From: an uncultured Armatimonadia bacterium
GTDB taxonomy: Bacteria > Armatimonadota > Zipacnadia > CAVVLO01
DNA: 64,000 bases
NCBI GenBank assembly: GCA_963749155.1
Contig: CAVVLO010000002.1
Location: 128,001 to 192,000 of the forward strand
Reading direction: 5' to 3'
Shown here: positions 57,919 through 64,000 of the stretch, one piece after another
Layout: each line of letters opens with the position of its first letter
Position numbering within the stretch: the stretch's first letter is position 1
Program-made: the position numbers and the translations under genes
The notes under the pieces: generated by a model
Databases searched by the model: none
What the model saw: the letters and a program-made list of their open reading frames with translations, nothing else
What the model was told of the DNA's origin: nothing

Positions 57919-58260
57919 TTAATCTGGCCCGCCAGGCACGTTGTCCATAATACGCCTGGCCAACGCGTTGCCTGTAAGGCGAGCAATAATGGCGAAGATA
58001 TTACCTATGACTTCGGTCAGGGCTTGCCTGACTTCAACCGGGTCTAACTCGGCACTTCGGTTTTTCAACTCGCCAAGGTCGAGTCCGGTAGGCTTGGCCT
58101 GCACCAGTTCTGCCAAAGGATATTCTTCGGCGGTGCGGTAAAGGGCGCTCGAGCAAATCTCCTCGACTGCTGCTGTGCCAAGAGTCGGGAGAATCTTGTC
58201 CCAGATCGCGCCCAAAATATCTTCGTAAATTTCGACGGTCTGCTGGACGATATCCACCAT
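57919..58260 (-). CDS. Small helical KaiC-associated protein
   Basis: GAGG RBS; EIYEDILGAIWDK..LG..A...YP....RLTGNAL; paralogue of 56109-56478. Confidence 0.75.
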   Translation of the reverse strand: MVDIVQQTVEIYEDILGAIWDKILPTLGTAAVEEICSSALYRTAEEYPLAELVQAKPTGLDLGELKNRSAELDPVEVRQALTEVIGNIFAIIARLTGNALARRIMDNVPGGPD

Positions 58261-58324
58261 CTGTAACCTCTAATAATTGCAGCCCATACCGCAAAGGGCC
58301 GGTCAAAGGGCCTTGTCGCCCGTG

Positions 58325-58363
58325 ATTATAACACAGGGCCGGTCAGACAACCTCCCGGCCCTG
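58325..58363 (-). promoter_or_regulatory. Hairpin after the SAM synthetase gene, overlapping an extended -10 promoter for the KaiC cluster
   Basis: Inverted repeat CAGGGCCGG(58334-58342)/CCGGCCCTG(58355-58363), followed on the minus strand by TGtTATAAT. Confidence 0.5.
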
Positions 58364-58391
58364 CTCTTCGCTTGCAGTTTACCACTTCGAC

Positions 58392-59576
58392 TTAGAACAG
58401 GCGCCACTTGTGTTCGAGGAATCCTAGCTGGATATTCTTCCAGTCGGCCAGGACTTCCTGCACGATGGCATAGATTGTCTCTTCGAGGTCTTGGGTTGGC
58501 ACCTCCGCTTCGACTTCCACGTTGACTTCGTTGGGTTCGTTGATAGGATGGCCGATGCGGCTTAGCATATAGCACTGAGCTGCTGTCACTGGCTCTATAT
58601 CTTCGACTCTTTCGGCGATAAGTTGTGCCATTACCGAATAGATTTTCCCGACATGGCTTACGGGATTTTTTCCGCAGGCGGCTTCAAGAGTCATTGGCCT
58701 GTAAGGCGTGATAAGCCCATTTGGCCTGTTGCCACGCCCAACCTGGCCATCGTCGCCGGCCTCGGCGCTGGTGCCTGTGATAGTAAGATAAGCCTGTTGG
58801 GGATCGTCAGCCGTGTTGACCGACACCTTGCAGGCGCGATGAGTAAGTCCCTGTGCCAAATCCAGTATCGTCTGCTCAATAAGAGCCTTGGCCTCATCAT
58901 AAGCTGCTCTATTTGGCAACTCGGAGGCGACCATTGCACAAGCGACAGTAAGGTCGAGCTCGTCGCCCTGGCGAAGGCCCATTATCTTTATATCAGTGCC
59001 GATCTCGGGATGTTCCTGCTTGAACTCGAAGGAGTTGAGCACATGCTCTCCATCGAGCACGACTTTCTCAAGGTCGCTAAGGGGCCAGTAACCTACACCG
59101 AAGGAGGTATCATTGGCGCGTGGAACCGCAAGCGCCTGCGAAGCATCATAATTGTGCTGCAAGTCGAGAGAACCGGCCCGGATACGGGCATCTACAACCA
59201 ACCTGTCGCTGCCAACAAGCCGAGGCAGGTCGGTGGCAATCCAGTCAAGGGTGGTGGCCTGAGCAAATTCGAGCATATTAAGCTGGCCATCGATTGGTGT
59301 AGCGCGACCAACGAGGATAATCTCGATAGGGTCAAGCAGCTTCCCACCGCCAAATACTGGCTCAGTTCTGCCACCTACCAGCACGCACTTGTCCACGTTG
59401 TGATGGAGGATACGTCCACATGCCTCCAGATAACGCTTGCTCAGCGCAATACTGAGTTCTTCAGCAGCCCTGTCCGCAATAGAGTCAGGATGGCCCATAC
59501 CTTTACGCTCGACTATCTCGACAGGCATAAAGTTGGCGTTGGGGCGAGTGGGATTTGAGACTTTAATCCGTGGCAT
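58392..59576 (-). CDS. mat: Archaeal-type methionine adenosyltransferase (SAM synthetase)
   Basis: VEIVERKGMGHPDSIAD, HHNVDK, ANDTSFGVG, GTDIKIMGLR, GTSAEAGDDGQVGRGNR and EAACGKNPVSHVGKIY. Confidence 0.93.
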   Translation of the reverse strand: MPRIKVSNPTRPNANFMPVEIVERKGMGHPDSIADRAAEELSIALSKRYLEACGRILHHNVDKCVLVGGRTEPVFGGGKLLDPIEIILVGRATPIDGQLNMLEFAQATTLDWIATDLPRLVGSDRLVVDARIRAGSLDLQHNYDASQALAVPRANDTSFGVGYWPLSDLEKVVLDGEHVLNSFEFKQEHPEIGTDIKIMGLRQGDELDLTVACAMVASELPNRAAYDEAKALIEQTILDLAQGLTHRACKVSVNTADDPQQAYLTITGTSAEAGDDGQVGRGNRPNGLITPYRPMTLEAACGKNPVSHVGKIYSVMAQLIAERVEDIEPVTAAQCYMLSRIGHPINEPNEVNVEVEAEVPTQDLEETIYAIVQEVLADWKNIQLGFLEHKWRLF

Positions 59577-59631
59577 CTAGATTCCTCCCTAGTAGGTTGC
59601 CAACCCAGCCGGGAGGGAAGCGAGGGGAAAT

Positions 59632-59660
59632 AAAAAAACCCCTCTCTGCGAGAAGGGGCT
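59632..59660 (-). terminator. Riboswitch expression-platform terminator
   Basis: Minus strand AGCCCCTTCT-CGC-AGAGAGGGGTTTTTTT. Confidence 0.85.
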
Positions 59661-59678
59661 TAGACGATGCAGTCTCTG

Positions 59679-59792
59679 CCCTTATCTTCCGCAGAGCTTC
59701 CGCCTGCGCTGGAGTTAGCACCGTCCCCTCGGATAATCCGGGGGGGTTGCTGCGGCTTCACAGGGCCAGTCCCTCAGCCGCTCTCGATAAGG
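59679..59792 (-). ncRNA. SAM-I (S-box) riboswitch
   Basis: Minus strand CCTTATCGAGAGCGGCTGAGGGACTGGCCCTGTGAAGCCGCAGCAACC...GGTGCTAACTCC...GAAGATAAGG, upstream of the SAM synthetase. Confidence 0.96.
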
Positions 59793-59888
59793 TATATCGG
59801 CGGGATTCTACCAACCTTGAGAGGTAAAGGTCAACTTATCTTTATTTTTTCTGCGGCTCAGTTGTCTGGACTGGTCCTTTATCGGACA

Positions 59889-61817
59889 ATGAAGGCAACA
59901 ATGAAGAATAACACTTGGCGATTATTACTAACTGGCCTGTTGATTTGGCTAGCCAGTTACGGGTGGCTGACCTCGCCTCGGGCAGGCAGACTGGGCGAAT
60001 TGGAGCTTGACCTGCTGGCTCATCGTTTCAACTTGCGTGGGCCCAGGCCTGTCCCCTCCGGCATACTGCTTATTGGCTACGATGCCTCTGATGATGCTGA
60101 TCCGGATTTCGTCAGGCAGTTAGGAGAAGTGACCCGGCTGGCCCTTGAAGCTGGTTGCAAGGCAGTTGCGCTGGATCGTACAGTCGAGACCCCACGAGAT
60201 GATTTCTCCAGTGAGCTTGGAGATCTCGATACATCTCGCCTGGTACTGGTGTGCCGGGAATCTGGCGAGGGCATACCTGTTGAGACTGTTCCGAAGCAAC
60301 CTTGTGAAATCCAGGTGGCAGAAGGCGCCAGAGTGCCAGAAGTTCGGGCTTTGGCTCTGCCAACCCCAGCCCTGCTTCTGAGGGCGGGGGCAGTAGGAGC
60401 GGCTGACTTGATGGTGGCCTCACCTCTTGAGGCCTGGAAACTGCCCTTCGTGGTGAAACAGAAAGCAGGTCCGCGCCGGTTTGTCGAAGAGACTAGCGAA
60501 GAGGGCAAACGCCGCAAAATCGAACGCACTCCTTCCCTGCTGGTGCCTGGTTTGCCTGTAGCCTTGCTTGCCGCAGGGCAGCCAATTACCAAACTGGAGG
60601 TAAGCTCAGGGCAGGCCAAACTCGGGGAGAATCTCACAATCCCCCTGAACAAGGGGGGCGAGTTCGCCGTTAATTACTATGGACCAGGAGAGAGCCTGCC
60701 CAAGGTAGCCTTCAGCGATGTACTGCATGGGCTAGTGCCTCCTGAGCGTCTTCAAGGCCGATTCTGTATCATCGGCGCCACCGATTTTGCCCTTGGCGAC
60801 GTTGTGTGGAATCCCTTTTCAGGCGCTTTTCCCGGTCCTGAATTGATGCTAACTGCCACAGCCAATCTGATGGAGGGACGAGTGGCTCGATTGCTCAGCT
60901 CTCGAAGCGCAGCCCTGACAGCCTTTGCCTATACACTGGTCTTGCTTGGTGTTTTCCTTCTTTTTGACGGGCTTTTTATGCCTTTGCTGCTAGGGTTTGC
61001 GAGCTGGTTGTTTGCCGGTATGCTCTCAGAATTGGTTTTTGTCAGGCAAGACTTGATTGTCCAAATGGTTAGCCTGCTTGCATATGGGCTAGTATTGTTT
61101 ATTGCCCTGGCAGGACTGCGAGGATGGGAACTCGGCCGAGAACGTCAGCAGCTTGCCCGGGCGCTCGAACTCTATGTGCCCCTGACTTCGAGCCAGGATC
61201 TGGCTCAACTGAACGAGCCCCTCGGTCTGGGCGAAAGGCGTGTAATCACCGTTATGTTTTGCGATTTGCGCCACTTTACAGCCAATACGGCTTCAATGGC
61301 GCCGGAAGAGACAGTGAGTTTTCTTAACAGGTACTTCGCCGAGATGGCTCGTTTGGTCAATACTCATTTTGGAGTCGTAGACAAGTTTATCGGCGATGGC
61401 TTTATGGCAGTTTTTGGAGCACCACTTGTGGACTCCGAGCACCGCAGGCATGCCCTGCAATGCAGCCTGAGTTTGCTTGCGGAGCTACCCAAACTGGCCT
61501 TCGAGTATGCAGGCACTCCGCTTGGCGAATTGGAAGTCGCTATTGGCCTTGATACAGGTGAGGCGCTTGTGGGACGAATTGGTTCGCCTACCCTGCACCA
61601 GTTCACGGTGATAGGCGCGCCTGCCAACCTGGCAGCTCACCTTCAGCAAGCGGCTGGTAAAGCCAATCTGCCCTTGCTGGCCAGTGCCCGAGTGCTTGCA
61701 GGACTTGAGCAGGAATATGACACAGAGCTTTTTGCGGAGGCGGGATTGGAAGAAGAACTACAAGGCGCCTGTTTCTGGGTAAAAGGTAAGGCCAGGGCGC
61801 CAGGCAAGGAGGATTAG
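59889..61817 (+). CDS. CHASE2 + class III adenylate/guanylate cyclase
   Basis: CHASE2 (RGPRP..ILLIGYD..NYYGP..IIGAT..PGPE), 3 TM helices, VMFCDLRHFT, DKFIGDGFMAVFGAP and TVIGAPANLAAHLQ. The ORF-track start at 59667 overlaps the riboswitch and is unlikely. Confidence 0.9.
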   Translation: MKATMKNNTWRLLLTGLLIWLASYGWLTSPRAGRLGELELDLLAHRFNLRGPRPVPSGILLIGYDASDDADPDFVRQLGEVTRLALEAGCKAVALDRTVETPRDDFSSELGDLDTSRLVLVCRESGEGIPVETVPKQPCEIQVAEGARVPEVRALALPTPALLLRAGAVGAADLMVASPLEAWKLPFVVKQKAGPRRFVEETSEEGKRRKIERTPSLLVPGLPVALLAAGQPITKLEVSSGQAKLGENLTIPLNKGGEFAVNYYGPGESLPKVAFSDVLHGLVPPERLQGRFCIIGATDFALGDVVWNPFSGAFPGPELMLTATANLMEGRVARLLSSRSAALTAFAYTLVLLGVFLLFDGLFMPLLLGFASWLFAGMLSELVFVRQDLIVQMVSLLAYGLVLFIALAGLRGWELGRERQQLARALELYVPLTSSQDLAQLNEPLGLGERRVITVMFCDLRHFTANTASMAPEETVSFLNRYFAEMARLVNTHFGVVDKFIGDGFMAVFGAPLVDSEHRRHALQCSLSLLAELPKLAFEYAGTPLGELEVAIGLDTGEALVGRIGSPTLHQFTVIGAPANLAAHLQQAAGKANLPLLASARVLAGLEQEYDTELFAEAGLEEELQGACFWVKGKARAPGKED

Positions 61818-61819
61818 CA

Positions 61820-63451
61820 GTGGAAGGACGCTCCTATGAAAACCAACTCTACGCGCTGCTTGAAGCGAGTCTGCTGGTCAGCGCAGAGCTGGAACTAAGC
61901 CCACTGCTTGCACTGCTTACCAAGCTTGCGGCCAAAGTTGTAGACGCCGAAGCGGCTTCTTTGTTGCTGATTGATCCTGCGGCACAAGAGCTCGAATTCG
62001 CCGTTGCGCTTGGCGAGAAAGGCGCGGAAGCTGCAAGGCATCGTATTAAGGTAGGCCAGGGAGTCGCCGGTTGGGTAGCCGCCACCGGGCAATCTGCCAA
62101 TGTCGCCGATGCGGCAGCCGATTCACGCTTCACTGGCTTGATAGACCAGGAAACCGGGTTCCATACGCGCAACTTGCTGGCCGTCCCAATGAAATATCAT
62201 GACGAGTTGGTTGGCGTTATCGAGTCTATGAACAAGCGCTCTGGAGATGGCTTCTCAAAGGATGATCAGAGCGTACTGGAAGCTTTCGCGGCCCAGGCGG
62301 CTGTAGCAGTGAAGAACGCTCGTTATCTTGAGCTCCTCCAGGCCCGACTTGGCGAAGTGAATCAGGAAGCAGTGCGCCAGGCAGAACAGGCTCGGGCTGG
62401 TCAGCATTTGCTTCGTGAGGTAATGAACGCACTGGCTGATGCTGTGTGGGTCACAGACCAGGCTGCCAATGTCTGGGATGCCAATCCGGCAGCAGATTTG
62501 CTTCTGCGACAGAGACTGGGCACAAGTCTGGGAAAACCTTTGGGTGATTTACTTGGGTGCGAGCCTGTTGCCGAACTAATAAAACGCTTCTCTGCTGGCG
62601 AAGAGAGCCCTGAAGCAGTGGAAGTCAAGCTGACCATCGAAGACGAACCGTGCGTGCTTCAACTGCGCGCAGGCAAGCTCCCTCCTGTAAAAACCCTGGT
62701 CGCCAGTTATGTATTTGTAGCAACCGATATCACCACGCTGAAAGACCTGGCGCAGATGAAAAGTGATTTTGTGGGCTATGTCTCTCACGAGATGAAGACG
62801 CCGCTTACAAACATAATTGGCTTTACCTCAACGCTCATTAGATTGAAAGAGAGACTTGATTCCGTTCAGCAGGAGGAGTTTCTGACAACCATCGAGTCTG
62901 AAGCTCATCGCCTGGTGAGGCTTATCAATGATTTTCTCGATGTGACGAAGCTTGAAGCGGGTAAAGCGCTGACACTTATAGTTACAGAAGAAAATCCAGA
63001 ACGGCTGACACGCAAGTCGCTAGCCCCACTGGAGAAGCTGTCAGACAACCATCAACTGGTTTGGGACTTTCCAGAATCTGCAACCTCCCTCGAATGCGAT
63101 GCCGATAAAGTGGCACAGATTCTGGTTAACCTGGTGAGCAACGCTATCAAATATTCACCTAACGGAGGCGAGATAGGCATACGCCTTGCGCAGGAGGGCG
63201 ATTGCACTCGCTGGCAGATATCAGATCAGGGGCTGGGAATGACCCCTGAAGAACAGGGGCTGCTCTTCCAGCAATTTAGTCGTTTGCCCCAGAAAGGCAC
63301 GCGCAAGATAAAGGGTACAGGACTTGGACTTTACATCACACGGCGGCTGATTGAGGCTCACCGTGGTAGAATATGGGTCGAGAGCACACCGGGAGAAGGT
63401 TCTACTTTCTCCTTCGAGTTGCCAAACAGGGCAACGGATACAGCCAAATAA
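61820..63451 (+). CDS. GAF-PAS histidine kinase
   Basis: GQGVAGWVA..DQETGFHTRNLLAVP (GAF); VSHEMKTPL, NLVSNAIKYSP and GTGLGL. Confidence 0.92.
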   Translation: MEGRSYENQLYALLEASLLVSAELELSPLLALLTKLAAKVVDAEAASLLLIDPAAQELEFAVALGEKGAEAARHRIKVGQGVAGWVAATGQSANVADAAADSRFTGLIDQETGFHTRNLLAVPMKYHDELVGVIESMNKRSGDGFSKDDQSVLEAFAAQAAVAVKNARYLELLQARLGEVNQEAVRQAEQARAGQHLLREVMNALADAVWVTDQAANVWDANPAADLLLRQRLGTSLGKPLGDLLGCEPVAELIKRFSAGEESPEAVEVKLTIEDEPCVLQLRAGKLPPVKTLVASYVFVATDITTLKDLAQMKSDFVGYVSHEMKTPLTNIIGFTSTLIRLKERLDSVQQEEFLTTIESEAHRLVRLINDFLDVTKLEAGKALTLIVTEENPERLTRKSLAPLEKLSDNHQLVWDFPESATSLECDADKVAQILVNLVSNAIKYSPNGGEIGIRLAQEGDCTRWQISDQGLGMTPEEQGLLFQQFSRLPQKGTRKIKGTGLGLYITRRLIEAHRGRIWVESTPGEGSTFSFELPNRATDTAK

Positions 63452-63475
63452 GCAGCCGATGCAGGAAGTGAAGCA

Positions 63476-64000
63476 ATGGCCAGCAGCAAAGCCCGTGGCG
63501 GGAGGCCCGCTGGTGCGCTCGCGCGCCTGAAAGAGGTGCCCAAGTATCTGCTTGGGGGTTATGCTTTGGTGGGAGCAGGTCTAGTGCTCTTCACCGGGCA
63601 TTGTATTGGCTGGTTTTACTCCAATCTGCTCACTGACATCTCTCATAACCTCGAACTCTTCTTTGGAGATCTGGCTTTCCTCTTTGGGCTTCTACTTGCC
63701 TGGACTGGCGCGCTACTTATCATTGAAGGGCCTTTCCTGAGCACCCTCAAAAAACAGCTTGGGGGAGGGCTGTTGTTTGTCTCCCTACTGGTGCTTGCCG
63801 CTTTGGCAAGGGGGCTTAGCGAGTTAACAGCGCAGGAACTGGCTGGCTGGGCAGGATTCCATCTGGCTACTGTTATGCGAGAGCTGCTTACCTGGGCAGG
63901 CGCTTTTGTTGTCTCTCTTATCGGACTGGTTGGAGCGTTGCTCCTTATTACAGAGGGGCAGATATTTCATCAACTTGGCACTGCCTGGAAAGCCTTGCGC
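63476..64000 (+). CDS. Multi-TM N-terminus, possibly DNA translocase FtsK/SpoIIIE (runs off window end)
   Basis: Manual translation from ATG 63476 is open to the end: basic start MASSKARGGR, then about 4 TM helices with AGWAG..LA..MRELL..AGA, like FtsK_4TM. Confidence 0.5.
   Translation, partial: MASSKARGGRPAGALARLKEVPKYLLGGYALVGAGLVLFTGHCIGWFYSNLLTDISHNLELFFGDLAFLFGLLLAWTGALLIIEGPFLSTLKKQLGGGLLFVSLLVLAALARGLSELTAQELAGWAGFHLATVMRELLTWAGAFVVSLIGLVGALLLITEGQIFHQLGTAWKALR

Noticed and set aside
49140..58260. Circadian clock or gas-vesicle (GvpD) locus
   Set aside because: No kaiA, kaiB or gvp genes, and the canonical ST phosphosite pair is absent.
58291..58346. Short repeats CA(A/C)AGGGCC(GGTCA) x3
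   Set aside because: Too short and irregular for CRISPR. One copy is an arm of the hairpin, and an operator role cannot be supported.

Overview
A gene-dense, GC-rich bacterial chromosomal segment. I found no rRNA, tRNA, CRISPR array or recognisable mobile element. About nine single-base frameshifts in unrelated genes look like long-read consensus errors. Housekeeping and metabolic genes include ddl (partial), mgtE, Nif3 with its zinc-ribbon partner, a DUF89 phosphatase, several secreted glycoside hydrolases, the ftsE-ftsX-M23-ctpA cluster, Lrp with an aminotransferase, an archaeal-type SAM synthetase under a SAM-I riboswitch, and a probable ftsK start. Two loci stand out. (1) A 13-gene minus-strand operon (15800-26706) encodes a membrane-associated ubiquitin-like conjugation system: a YukD/EsaB-type Ubl ending in Gly, E1, a UBC-type E2, three membrane RING proteins, two JAB peptidases (one TM-LysM fused once a frameshift is repaired), a membrane-anchored trypsin protease, DUF2085, vWA and two degenerate-FHA membrane proteins. 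Many of these proteins share a short acidic 'DDFDIxL'-like motif that resembles a SUMO-interacting motif. (2) A KaiC-ATPase signalling cluster (49140-58260) has four KaiC-family genes and no KaiA or KaiB. It also has two paralogous helical proteins, a TM-HAMP-V4R receptor, and a wHTH-like domain present twice standalone and once as the input domain of a histidine kinase. A lone spike-like (gpV/VgrG OB-fold) protein with a signal peptide is also notable. All family calls come from motif recognition by eye, with no database search.
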